50,209 nt of DNA from NCBI GenBank assembly GCA_027366155.1, contig DAHXKV010000055.1, forward strand, positions 1-50,209, in the 5' to 3' direction. This document shows positions 37,868 to 46,993 of the stretch, one piece after another; the stretch's first letter is position 1, and the number at the start of each line of letters is the position of its first letter. This DNA comes from Candidatus Micrarchaeota archaeon (GTDB taxonomy: Archaea; Micrarchaeota; Micrarchaeia; Micrarchaeales; CABMGC01). The notes beneath the pieces are model-generated. The model made no database searches, was not told where the DNA came from, and saw only the letters and a list, made by a program, of their open reading frames with translations. The translations under genes and the position numbers were made by a program.

Positions 37868-39016
37868 ATGAAGCTCATTCTGATACAGCCTTACGTCTCC
37901 CTGAGAGGGGGATTCGAGAGGGTCATGCTCAAGATAGCCCAACATTACGGAGCCCCAATATACACGCTGGAATACAAGCCAAACTCAACCTTCCCGGAGT
38001 TTGGAGAAACTGAGGTCAAGGTAATAGGCAAGGACCTCCCCCTCGCAGACGCTCTGCCATACCGCGCGGCGCAGGGCCTGAAATACGGCTATAACTTCTA
38101 CAACCTCAAGATAAAGGAAGACTACGACGTGCTCAACCCCCACATCTCGCCTAGCGAATGGATCCGCCACAAGAATCCGGGTGTACTGTGGTACTGCCAC
38201 ACCCCTCCGAGGGAAGTCTATGACTTATACGAGGCAAGGATGAAGTACCGCTCATACAAGGAAAAGTTCCTCTACTCTGCAATGACAAAGACGTACAAAC
38301 TAATCTCCGGCAGGGTAATAAAAAGGATAGAGGGCATAGCCACAAACAGCACAAACACAAAAAACCGCATAAAAAAATATTTCGGCGCAGGCTCGACAGT
38401 CATAAATCCCGGAATCGAATACGGGAACTTCTCGAACAAAGGCGACGGCAAATATTTCCTCTATCCTTCTAGGATAACAAACACAAAGCGCCAGGACTAC
38501 GTGATAAACGCATTCAAAAAGTTTGAAAAGGGAGAGAAAAAGCACAAGCTGATAATAGCCGGCACGCTCTCCCCGGATCCGGAGCATCAGGCCTATTACG
38601 AAAAACTGGTCAAGATGGCCTCAGGCAGCAATATAGAGATAATAAAAAACATAAATGATAAGAAACTGTCTTCACTCTATGCAAACTCGACTGCCGTTCT
38701 GTTTGCCGCAATAAACGAAGACTACGGCTTCGTGCCGCTTGAGGCTATGGCGAGCTCAAAGCCCGTAATCTCGGTCAATGAAGGAGGGCCTACAGAGACC
38801 ATACTGGAAGGCAAGACCGGCTTCCTTGTAAATTCACCGGAGGAAATGGCTGAAAGGATGGCTTACCTTGCAGAGCATCCTTCAGACGCGGAGGCCATAG
38901 GCAAGAAAGGGCGCAGAAGGGTCGAGGAGAACTACTCCTGGAAAAGCTTCTTCAAGAAATTTGACAAGGCACTGGAGAGCACAATAAAGAAGAAAGACGA
39001 GCAAACCACGGAATAA
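37868..39016 (+). CDS. GT4 family glycosyltransferase
   Basis: Motifs GGFER, YCHTPPR, KRQ, EDYGFVPLEAMA and GGP.E. Confidence 0.92.
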   Translation: MKLILIQPYVSLRGGFERVMLKIAQHYGAPIYTLEYKPNSTFPEFGETEVKVIGKDLPLADALPYRAAQGLKYGYNFYNLKIKEDYDVLNPHISPSEWIRHKNPGVLWYCHTPPREVYDLYEARMKYRSYKEKFLYSAMTKTYKLISGRVIKRIEGIATNSTNTKNRIKKYFGAGSTVINPGIEYGNFSNKGDGKYFLYPSRITNTKRQDYVINAFKKFEKGEKKHKLIIAGTLSPDPEHQAYYEKLVKMASGSNIEIIKNINDKKLSSLYANSTAVLFAAINEDYGFVPLEAMASSKPVISVNEGGPTETILEGKTGFLVNSPEEMAERMAYLAEHPSDAEAIGKKGRRRVEENYSWKSFFKKFDKALESTIKKKDEQTTE

Positions 39017-39135
39017 GGAAACATAAACGCCAAAGAAGCTTCTGCCGTAACCTTTTTTTCAAAGCGCTGGGGCCTTAACTGCAAGGGCCGGCAAACCATT
39101 CAGACAGGCGCTGCTTTCAGCAACGCATTATATGT

Positions 39136-39510
39136 CTAATAAAAAGGCCTCTGCCCTCCTGCAGCAGCCCCTCTGTCGGTACTGTAGCTACGGCTGCGTG
39201 CAAGCTCGATAAACGCCCTTCTTGCTGTTTCAGTGCCCTCCTTTGTAAGTGAGAGAGGCTTCCCTGCCTCTCCCCTGCCCCGTTCTGCAAAGTCCAGTAT
39301 GCCTTTCCCCTTAAGCTTCTTGAGCGTGTACCATATCCCGCTCTGGGAGATTCCATGCCTCTCGCTTATGTACTCGACAAAACTCGTCGCCGTGGGCACG
39401 TCCTCCAGCCCTATCTCTGATATTATCATCAGTTCCTTAGTGCTTATCTCTACCCCCGGCTTCCTAACCGGGAGTCCTCTAACTATTGTTCTTGCCGCTT
39501 GCACATGCAT
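39136..39510 (-). CDS. Stand-alone winged helix-turn-helix protein
   Basis: ISQSGIWYTLKKLKGKGILDF...LSLTKEG. Confidence 0.7.
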   Translation of the reverse strand: MHVQAARTIVRGLPVRKPGVEISTKELMIISEIGLEDVPTATSFVEYISERHGISQSGIWYTLKKLKGKGILDFAERGRGEAGKPLSLTKEGTETARRAFIELARSRSYSTDRGAAAGGQRPFY

Positions 39511-39525
39511 CACCAAAAAAGAGAT

Positions 39526-39648
39526 TTATGCAGCGCAAGCAGCTGGAGGATAAATACCGGAGACATTCTTCAATATCGCTATCGCTGCCATGGCTGTATT
39601 AAAATTAAGCCTATGCCAGACAGCTTCCAAGCGCATTTTTCCACTCAT
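39526..39648 (-). CDS. Candidate 40-aa small ORF (not in the ORF track)
   Basis: MSGKMRLEAVWHRLNFNTAMAAIAILKNVSGIYPPAACAA-stop. It fills the gap between a TATA box about 30 nt upstream and the wHTH gene. Confidence 0.35.
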   Translation of the reverse strand: MSGKMRLEAVWHRLNFNTAMAAIAILKNVSGIYPPAACAA

Positions 39649-39714
39649 CCTGCTACATATTGAAAGTGCAGCAATTACTATTTAAACCTTTTCTTCAAAG
39701 TCTAAAAAGATTAG

Positions 39715-40584
39715 ATGCTTCCCTTCCTGCTTTACGCAAGGCTCTCCGTACTCATGGTAATAGCAATCGCCTATGCAGCCTTCGACGTCTTCAATAAGAG
39801 AAATGTGCCTGACATATTTGCCTACGCTGCACTGGCAGTGGCCTTCCTCCTTACATTTACATATGGCACAAGGACAATGGAAATAAGCCTGCTGATTGCC
39901 GCAATAATAATAGCTTTGGGATATGTAGTATACAAAAGGGGAGTAATGGGGGCCGGCGACTTCCTGGAATTTGCCACTATAAGCCTTATCCTCCCGATAC
40001 AACCCGCTGCAATGCTCAGCGCCGTCCCGCAGATGGGCTTTCCATTCATCTTTTCGGTGCTAATATCCACGGGCTACACGGCAGTAATATCAATGATGGC
40101 CTACTATCTTGCAAAAGCCTCAATCAAGGGTAAGATACACTTATCAAGGATCAGGAAAGGAAGCCTGCGTGCCGGCGCGCTCTTGCTACTTGCCTATCTC
40201 GCCATGCTTGTAGTGATCTCATATTTCGCCGGATTCAGGCTAATACCATCATTCCTCATCCTTTCCATAGGCATCGCCTCATCGATCACTGTAGTATTCG
40301 AGAAGGAGCTCAACGCGCAGATGATATCATACGCATATCCAAGCGAGCTACACCCAGAAGACATGATAGCTACAAACCTAATGAGCCCTGCTGAAAAGGC
40401 CTACTTCATGAAGAAATCAAAGCACTTCGGCAGGCTCGTCACAAAGCCCCTCCTTAAGGACATACGCGATGCAAGGAGAAAGGTGCCCCTCTATACTAGC
40501 GGAGTACCGCTTGCGCTCTTCGCGCTCCTGGGAATTATAATCTCCCTCGCGTTCGGCAACATACTTCTTTACATACTCCTCTAA
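39715..40584 (+). CDS. Class III signal (prepilin/prearchaellin) peptidase, A24 family
   Basis: First Asp in AAFDV..RNVPD, GxGD motif MGAGD, multiple TM helices and C-terminal GVPL. Confidence 0.82.
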   Translation: MLPFLLYARLSVLMVIAIAYAAFDVFNKRNVPDIFAYAALAVAFLLTFTYGTRTMEISLLIAAIIIALGYVVYKRGVMGAGDFLEFATISLILPIQPAAMLSAVPQMGFPFIFSVLISTGYTAVISMMAYYLAKASIKGKIHLSRIRKGSLRAGALLLLAYLAMLVVISYFAGFRLIPSFLILSIGIASSITVVFEKELNAQMISYAYPSELHPEDMIATNLMSPAEKAYFMKKSKHFGRLVTKPLLKDIRDARRKVPLYTSGVPLALFALLGIIISLAFGNILLYILL

Positions 40585-40638
40585 ACTGCCTAACGGCACC
40601 AATTTATAATGCTGAGTTGCGGAATACTCCTGGATAAT

Positions 40639-41847
40639 ATGAAAATCGCGATCTTATCCGACCTCCATCTGGGCTACGAGCGCTTCCGCGAAGACGCACT
40701 CTCGCAGGCGAGCGAGGCGCTCTACGCAGCCGCAGAATCCGCAGACGCAATCCTGATCGCCGGCGACATATTTGACTACAGGCATCCGAAGCCTGAGATC
40801 ATGGCCGAAGCAATCTCTCTTTTCCGCCCTCTCCTCGCCAAAACGTTCAGTGCACGGGTTTCCGAATTTTCCGGAAGGGGAAAGGCATACACCGAGATCC
40901 CCATCATTGCAATCCCCGGAACCCATGAAAGAAGGACTGACGGGGAGATAGACCCAATAGACGTGCTGAACCTCGCCGGCGTGCTTGTGAATGCAAACCA
41001 GGCGTCAGTGACTATAGAAAAAGGGGAAGAAAAAATCTTGGTATATGGGATAGGCGGAACAGCGGAGGAGCGCTTCAGGGAAACGCTGTCACGGCTTACT
41101 CCAAGGCCACGCACCGGGGTATTCAGCATCTTTCTCTTCCACCAGTCCGTATTCGAGTTTCTTCCGTTCAGCAAGGATTTCATAAAGCTCGAGGAGCTTC
41201 CCGAAAACTTCGACCTTTACGTAGATGGCCACATACATTCCAGGATCGAGGCAAAATGCCACGGACGGGATTTCCTGATACCTGGCAGCACTGTCCTGAC
41301 CCAGCTCAAGGAAGGCGAGCAGGAACCAAAAGGCTTTTTCATTTATGATACACTGGGGAGAAACTATGAGTTCAGGAGAATAAACTCCAGAAAGTTCTCG
41401 ATGGTGCGCATAGATGTAAGTGGCATGACCTCTTCGGAGGCATCTGCGACCATACGCAGGGAGATAACAAAAACAGCCCCAAGAGAAAAGGGAGAAAAGC
41501 CGGTAATACGCGTGGTGCTGGAGGGAAGGCTGAAGGAAGGCTCAAAAAGCATAGACCTCGGGATCAGTGAGCTTGTAGAAGAGAACTCCTCCTCCGCAAT
41601 AATCGAGGTAAGCAAGGCGAGCATGGATTCTCCGGTCTCCAAAAATGCTGAAGACCTACGGAAAGGCACGCTTGAGAACCTCTCAATCGGCGACTACGGG
41701 CTCTCAATATTCCTAGAAAAACTCTCGAAGAGCGGATATAACCTCGACATCAACCCATCGGAGCTTTTCATGATCCTCAGCGCCGAAGGGCCTAAAGACG
41801 CGATAGTAAAATCAGTTACCGAAAGAATACTCTCAAAAGGACTCTGA
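40639..41847 (+). CDS. mre11: Mre11/SbcD DNA repair nuclease
   Basis: Motifs SDLHLG, AGDIFD, PGTHE, FHQ, GHIH and PGS. Confidence 0.88.
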   Translation: MKIAILSDLHLGYERFREDALSQASEALYAAAESADAILIAGDIFDYRHPKPEIMAEAISLFRPLLAKTFSARVSEFSGRGKAYTEIPIIAIPGTHERRTDGEIDPIDVLNLAGVLVNANQASVTIEKGEEKILVYGIGGTAEERFRETLSRLTPRPRTGVFSIFLFHQSVFEFLPFSKDFIKLEELPENFDLYVDGHIHSRIEAKCHGRDFLIPGSTVLTQLKEGEQEPKGFFIYDTLGRNYEFRRINSRKFSMVRIDVSGMTSSEASATIRREITKTAPREKGEKPVIRVVLEGRLKEGSKSIDLGISELVEENSSSAIIEVSKASMDSPVSKNAEDLRKGTLENLSIGDYGLSIFLEKLSKSGYNLDINPSELFMILSAEGPKDAIVKSVTERILSKGL

Positions 41848-41888
41848 GGATGCGCTCATGCATCCAACAGACAGCGCAGATCGAGAAT

Positions 41889-41961
41889 TAGCCCCAACCG
41901 GATTCGAACCGGTGTTTGCGGGTCCAAAGCCCGCCGTCCTTGGCCGCTGGACGATGGGGCT
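41889..41961 (-). tRNA. tRNA-Gln(TTG), intron-less, CCA not encoded
   Basis: AGCCCCATCGTCCAGCGGCCAAGGACGGCGGGCTTTGGACCCGCAAACACCGGTTCGAATCCGGTTGGGGCTA folds into a full cloverleaf, with the A1-U72 pair typical of archaeal tRNA-Gln. Confidence 0.97.
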
Positions 41962-41971
41962 CCGAGCATTA

Positions 41972-43393
41972 TCAATAGGATCTTGCAAAATTGGCCATCT
42001 TAACTGCCTTTTTGCCGCAGAGAATGCACACACCCCCAAGCCTGCTCTGGTCGAACGGAATATTGGTTATCTTCGCGCCTGTTTCTTCCTTTATCCTGTC
42101 TTCGCATTCCGTGCTGCCACACCATGGCGCATGAAGCATGCCCTTCTTCTCTGAGAGTACGCCCTTGAACTGCTCGTAGCCATGCACCTCATGTATGCTC
42201 TCCTTCAGGTGCTTTTCGGCTTTTTCATAAAGCCTCTTCTGAATCAGGCTCAACGCATCGGCGCATCCTCTCTCAAGTTCCTCGAATTGCAGTGCCTCCC
42301 TCTTGCCGGTGTCCCTGCATGCAATTGTGACACTCTCGGAGGAAGATTCCCGCTCCCCTATCTCTATCCTTAGCGGAACGCCACGGAGCTCCCATTCGCT
42401 GAACTTACTGCCTGGCGAGTATCCTTCCCTGTCATCTATCTTTGCCCTAAAGCTCTCCTTGAGCTTTGAGAGCACGCGCCCGGCGTAGCCGACCACCTGC
42501 TCCCTGTTCTCTTTTTTGTATATAGGTATTACTATTATCTGCACGTATGCGACCTTTGGCGGCAATATAAGCCCCTTGTCATCTCCATGCGTTGCAACCA
42601 TCACTCCGAGCTCTCTTGTTGAGACTGCATAGGTATTCTGCCATGCATACTCCTTGCTGCCTTCCTTGGAAAGAAACTGTATCTCAAAGGCCCGGGCGAA
42701 GTTCTGTCCATCCAGATGGAAATCAGGCCCCTGTATGGCCCATCCGTCAGGCATTACATGCTCCACGCTGAAGCTTGCCACTGCCCCTGCAAACTTCTCC
42801 TTCTCACTCTTTCTGCCCGGTATTCCAGGCAGTGCAAGGTACTCTGCAAGCATTCTCGTGTATATGCCAAGCACTGCGTCGCGCTCCCTGTATGCTTCTT
42901 CCTCGCTTGCGAATACCGTATGCCCCTCATTCCAAAGGAACTCTCTTGACCTTATAAATGGCGTCGGATGCTTGAATTCCCACCTCACCACACTGTTCCA
43001 CTGGTTGTATCTCATCGGGAGGTCTCTCCATGACCTAATCCACTTCGAGTAGCTTGGGTACATTATTGTTTCGGATGTGGGGCGTACCGCAAGCCTCTCC
43101 GAGAATTCGGTGTCTCCCGCTCCTGTAACCCATGCAACTTCTGGAGCAAAGCCCTCTACGTGTTCTTTTTCCTTGGAAAGAAACTTCTCAGGTATCAGCA
43201 TGGGAAAATAGACGTTCTCGATTCCATCTTTCTTGAATTCGGAGTCAACCGCCCTGCTGAAGATCTCCCATGCTCCGTATGCGGCGGGCCTGAAGGCAAG
43301 GCATCCTGAAACCTCTGTGTAATCGACAAAACCTGACTTAATCAACACTTCCTGGTACCATTCCGAAAAATCAGCGGCCTTAGATGCCGTCAT
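41972..43393 (-). CDS. proS: Prolyl-tRNA synthetase (archaeal/eukaryotic type)
   Basis: Motifs FSEWY, RPTSET, RWEF, REFLWNEGH, EKFAGA and a C-terminal Zn domain ending FARSY. Confidence 0.97.
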   Translation of the reverse strand: MTASKAADFSEWYQEVLIKSGFVDYTEVSGCLAFRPAAYGAWEIFSRAVDSEFKKDGIENVYFPMLIPEKFLSKEKEHVEGFAPEVAWVTGAGDTEFSERLAVRPTSETIMYPSYSKWIRSWRDLPMRYNQWNSVVRWEFKHPTPFIRSREFLWNEGHTVFASEEEAYRERDAVLGIYTRMLAEYLALPGIPGRKSEKEKFAGAVASFSVEHVMPDGWAIQGPDFHLDGQNFARAFEIQFLSKEGSKEYAWQNTYAVSTRELGVMVATHGDDKGLILPPKVAYVQIIVIPIYKKENREQVVGYAGRVLSKLKESFRAKIDDREGYSPGSKFSEWELRGVPLRIEIGERESSSESVTIACRDTGKREALQFEELERGCADALSLIQKRLYEKAEKHLKESIHEVHGYEQFKGVLSEKKGMLHAPWCGSTECEDRIKEETGAKITNIPFDQSRLGGVCILCGKKAVKMANFARSY

Positions 43394-43545
43394 TCCCGAT
43401 CCATTCTCCTCAGCCAAAAAACAACCCCGCAACAACCTAAATTAATCTCGTTAAAGGTATTTATACACTTTCCTGGGCTGGAAAACCAAGACCGCGCAAA
43501 TGGATAAAGACAGGTTTTATAAATTAGATTAGACATATGGAATAC

Positions 43546-44118
43546 ATGGAGGCAATAGTTTTGTCTGGGATGCCAGCCGCCGGCAAGACTACTGTAGCGG
43601 AAATAATAAGCAAGAGGAAGAACTTCAAGGTACTGGGCGGTGGAGACATACTCAAGGAGATGGCCGAGTCCAGGGGCTATAAGGTAACCGGCAAGGACTG
43701 GTGGGACACAGAGGAAGGTGCGAAATTCCTCAAGGAGCGCGAAACAAACCCGAATTTTGACAAGGAAGTCGACAAGCGCATGCGGGAGAAGATACTTTCG
43801 GGCAACATAGTTGTCACGAGCTACACCGCACCGTGGATAACTGATGCGGGTTTCAAGGTATGGCTGGAAGGAAGCGAAAAAAGGAGGACGGAGCGGATGG
43901 CCAAGCGGGACGGCACCGCAGTATCGGAGATGCGCGAGGTTATAAAATTCAGGGACATGGAAAACAAGAAGCTATATAAAGTTCTTTACAATATAGACTA
44001 CGGAGAAGACAAGAAGCCGTTCGATCTTATAGTAAATACGAACGAAATCCTTCCGGAAGCGGTTGCTGATATAATACTTAAAAAATACGAAGAGCACACC
44101 AAAACAAAAGGCGAATAA
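43546..44118 (+). CDS. cmk: Cytidylate kinase (archaeal type)
   Basis: Motifs SGMPAAGKTT, GGDILKEMA and FDKEVD; located next to rpl14e. Alternative start at 43537. Confidence 0.88.
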   Translation: MEAIVLSGMPAAGKTTVAEIISKRKNFKVLGGGDILKEMAESRGYKVTGKDWWDTEEGAKFLKERETNPNFDKEVDKRMREKILSGNIVVTSYTAPWITDAGFKVWLEGSEKRRTERMAKRDGTAVSEMREVIKFRDMENKKLYKVLYNIDYGEDKKPFDLIVNTNEILPEAVADIILKKYEEHTKTKGE

Positions 44119-44379
44119 ATGGCATTGATAGAACAGGGACGGATTTGCATAAAGAAATTTGGAAGAGACGCGGGCGACAAGGCAGTCATAACCAAGGTCC
44201 TCGAAGGCAATTTTGTAGAAGTAATGACGCATACACGGCCAAAGCCAAGGAAGGCAAACATACGCCATCTCGAGTTCCTCCCTGAAAAGATAGACCCTAG
44301 CGACACCGCAGCAATAAACGCGGCTCTTGAAATAAAGGCCGAGAAGCCAGCCCCAAAACACACGGCTGCCAAGAGATAA
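44119..44379 (+). CDS. rpl14e: 50S ribosomal protein L14e
   Basis: IEQGRICIKKFGRDAG.KAVI...NIRHLE. Confidence 0.92.
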   Translation: MALIEQGRICIKKFGRDAGDKAVITKVLEGNFVEVMTHTRPKPRKANIRHLEFLPEKIDPSDTAAINAALEIKAEKPAPKHTAAKR

Positions 44380-44394
44380 ATACGGAACTGCACG

Positions 44395-44427
44395 GACCGC
44401 TAAGGCAAGATTAATAATATAGCGGTC
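44395..44427. promoter_or_regulatory. Inverted repeat bracketing the aminotransferase TATA box
   Basis: GACCGCTA-N17-TAGCGGTC, with a TATA-like TTAATAATA in the spacer. Confidence 0.4.
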
Positions 44428-44438
44428 TTCATCTAATC

Positions 44439-45779
44439 ATGGCAAACATTCCAGGGAAAAATGCCATTGAGATAATACGGCGTGACAAGCGCGTAATGCT
44501 CACCACCTCGAGAGATGACATACCTTTTGTGGCCGACCATGGCTCAGGGGACTACGCATACGACGTAGATGGAAATCGATTCATAGACTTCTCGAGCTTC
44601 ATATCTGTATACAATATGGGCGTAAACGCCAACAAGGAAATAAGGGAAGCTGCAAAGAAGCAGATAGACCGGCTCATCCACCCAGCATTCACTGATTATT
44701 ATTCCGAACTTCCAGTTGCCTTCGCCGAGAGGCTGCTCGATCAGATGCCAAGCGGATTTGGCCGCGTCTTCTACTCAAACTCGGGCACAGAGGCAAATGA
44801 GGCCGCTCTAAAGTTCGCCAGGCTCTTCACAAAAAGACAGTATGCTCTCTCATTTTACGGCGCCTTCCATGGGAGGACAATGGGCTCGCTCTCGCTCACC
44901 GCATCTAAATCTGTGCAGAGGGAGCATTTCGGCCCATTCCCAAACGTCATCCACGCGCCTTATGCCTACTGCTACCGCTGCCCCTTTGGAAAAGAGTATC
45001 CCGGATGCGGAATGGAGTGTGTTGAATACATAAAGAAGACGGTGCTGGCAAAAGAAGCCTCGCCGAAGGAATTTTCATCAATATTCATCGAGCCTGTCCA
45101 GGGCGAAGGGGGATACATAGTACCGCCGAAGGAGTTTGTCCGTGGCATAAGGGAAATATCAGAAGACAATGGGATACTGCTTGTCTCGGATGAGGTCCAG
45201 TCTGGCTACATGCGCACCGGCAAATTCCTGGCCACTGACAATTTTGGAGTAAAATCCGATATCTACACAATGGCAAAGTCCATTGCAGGCGGGCTTCCGA
45301 TGGGCGTTACGTTGACAAGGAGCTCACTCGGTGACATACCTCCTGGTTCGCATGCCAACACCTTTGGCGGAAATCTTGTGGCGATAGCAGCTGCAAATGC
45401 CTCCCTTGCGTATCTTTCAAGGAACATGAGATCCCTTACCAAAGGAACTATGGATAAGGGCAAACGTATGAAGAAGGAACTGGATGCGCTATACGAACGC
45501 AATGAGATAATTGGCGATGTACGCGGAATAGGCATGATGGTGGGCGTGGAGTTTGTCCGCGACAGGAAGACAAAAGAGCCAGCCAGAAAGGAGAGGGACT
45601 GGATAATAGCCGAGTCTTTCAGGAAAGGCCTGCTTCTGCTTCCTGCAGGCGAATCCACAATAAGGCTCATACCCCCGCTTACCATATCTACAAAGTCCCT
45701 TGACGCGGGGCTTGAGATTTTCGGAAATGTGGTAAAGGAGGCAAACGCATCGCTAAAGAGCGGTAGGAAATCAGGCTGA
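44439..45779 (+). CDS. Class III PLP aminotransferase (4-aminobutyrate/acetylornithine family)
   Basis: Motifs NSGTEANEAA, FHGRT, EPVQGEGG, DEVQSG, PLP-Lys in AKSIAGG, HANTFGG and RGIG. Confidence 0.93.
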   Translation: MANIPGKNAIEIIRRDKRVMLTTSRDDIPFVADHGSGDYAYDVDGNRFIDFSSFISVYNMGVNANKEIREAAKKQIDRLIHPAFTDYYSELPVAFAERLLDQMPSGFGRVFYSNSGTEANEAALKFARLFTKRQYALSFYGAFHGRTMGSLSLTASKSVQREHFGPFPNVIHAPYAYCYRCPFGKEYPGCGMECVEYIKKTVLAKEASPKEFSSIFIEPVQGEGGYIVPPKEFVRGIREISEDNGILLVSDEVQSGYMRTGKFLATDNFGVKSDIYTMAKSIAGGLPMGVTLTRSSLGDIPPGSHANTFGGNLVAIAAANASLAYLSRNMRSLTKGTMDKGKRMKKELDALYERNEIIGDVRGIGMMVGVEFVRDRKTKEPARKERDWIIAESFRKGLLLLPAGESTIRLIPPLTISTKSLDAGLEIFGNVVKEANASLKSGRKSG

Positions 45780-46931
45780 AACTTTTATGCGCCTTCCATA
45801 TTCCTTCAAAACAGACTGCTCTATTGAAGCCGAAAGCAAATCTATCTTGCCGTTTATCTCCTTCAGTGTTTTTAGTGCCCTCTCCCTCCTTGCGGTCTCA
45901 TTCGCTGCATGAGCCATCAACGAGACTGCCATTTCATAGTCACGCCTCAGGCTCCTTATTCTCTCCTCTATCCTTTCCAACTCGCGTTCCATTTCAACGA
46001 GGCCCTTCTTCTCACTCCACAAATCTGATGAGATAAGTGAGTCCAATGCGCGAGAAACAGCATCACTGCCCCTAGCCTTGCCCTTCTGGGAGCCAATCGA
46101 ACTTCTGATATCCCCGAATTTACCCTTCACGTACTTCCAGTCATCTTCTGTATTAAGATATGAAAACGGGCTGGCCACAAACGGCTCAATCCTGCGCTTC
46201 TCAAGCGATACATGGTCAAACATCCTCGCCGTCCTCTCCAGGGGCTTTGTAAACGACTCGGTTTTCCTGATTATCGCGGCGCGGGCCTTTTCTACCTCTT
46301 CTTTCTCTTTTTGCATCTTCTCTATCTCCTTCTTAATGTCTGTTTCATGAAAATCTGTTTCCTTGGGACCTGCCGAAGGGTTTTCTATCTCCAGCTCTGC
46401 CTCCCCCTTCTCCTTTAGCAGGAGGCTTAACTCCTCCGCTTTCCCACGCACCTCCCTATATCTTCCGTAGTCCGGCTCCCTTCTAGAAAGCTCGTTTTCA
46501 AGGGCGCGCAGCGCAGACTCCAACTCAGAAAAACCCTTCTTGACTTTCTGTAAACTGTTGGAATACGCATATACTACCGTTCTGAACTCTGCATTCAGCT
46601 TCAATACGGTGTTTATCGCACTTCTGCCTTCCAGCGCCTCTGCATTAAGCCTCTCATATGTATTCGCTCCATGTTCCTGCCATTCGGCACCAATTGCCTT
46701 CTCAATGCTTCTAGCGTATGCTGTCTTCCTGCTTTTCACGCTCTCCGGGCTTGTGTTGTATAGGTCTTCCAGATACAGCTCAGCCTCAGACTTCTCGAAT
46801 TCCGTGCAGGCTGCCAGAAGCGAAGCTTTTGCTGCCAAGAGCCTGCCGCGCCTGGCCTCTCCAACCTTGAGCAAATTCCCAAGGCTTTTCTCGAAAAGAA
46901 CACCCACAAAGGAGACGAGATCAGCGGCCAT
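45771..46931 (-). CDS. Hypothetical long coiled-coil protein
   Basis: E/K/R-rich heptad-like helices throughout, no ATPase motif. Start placed at ATG 46931. Confidence 0.75.
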   Translation of the reverse strand: MAADLVSFVGVLFEKSLGNLLKVGEARRGRLLAAKASLLAACTEFEKSEAELYLEDLYNTSPESVKSRKTAYARSIEKAIGAEWQEHGANTYERLNAEALEGRSAINTVLKLNAEFRTVVYAYSNSLQKVKKGFSELESALRALENELSRREPDYGRYREVRGKAEELSLLLKEKGEAELEIENPSAGPKETDFHETDIKKEIEKMQKEKEEVEKARAAIIRKTESFTKPLERTARMFDHVSLEKRRIEPFVASPFSYLNTEDDWKYVKGKFGDIRSSIGSQKGKARGSDAVSRALDSLISSDLWSEKKGLVEMERELERIEERIRSLRRDYEMAVSLMAHAANETARRERALKTLKEINGKIDLLSASIEQSVLKEYGRRIKVSA

Positions 46932-46993
46932 TACTTCTTCAGTCCCTTCCCTGCCAAACAAGCTTGCACCTAGGACAAAAAAACGCTTATAAT

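Noticed and set aside
41848..41961. tRNA-Gln 3' end as an integration site
   Set aside because: No duplicated tRNA 3' fragment or integrase was seen in the window, and the flanks are housekeeping genes.
41833..42154. Short ORFs spanning the tRNA-Gln
   Set aside because: Spurious translations of the tRNA and the proS 3' end.
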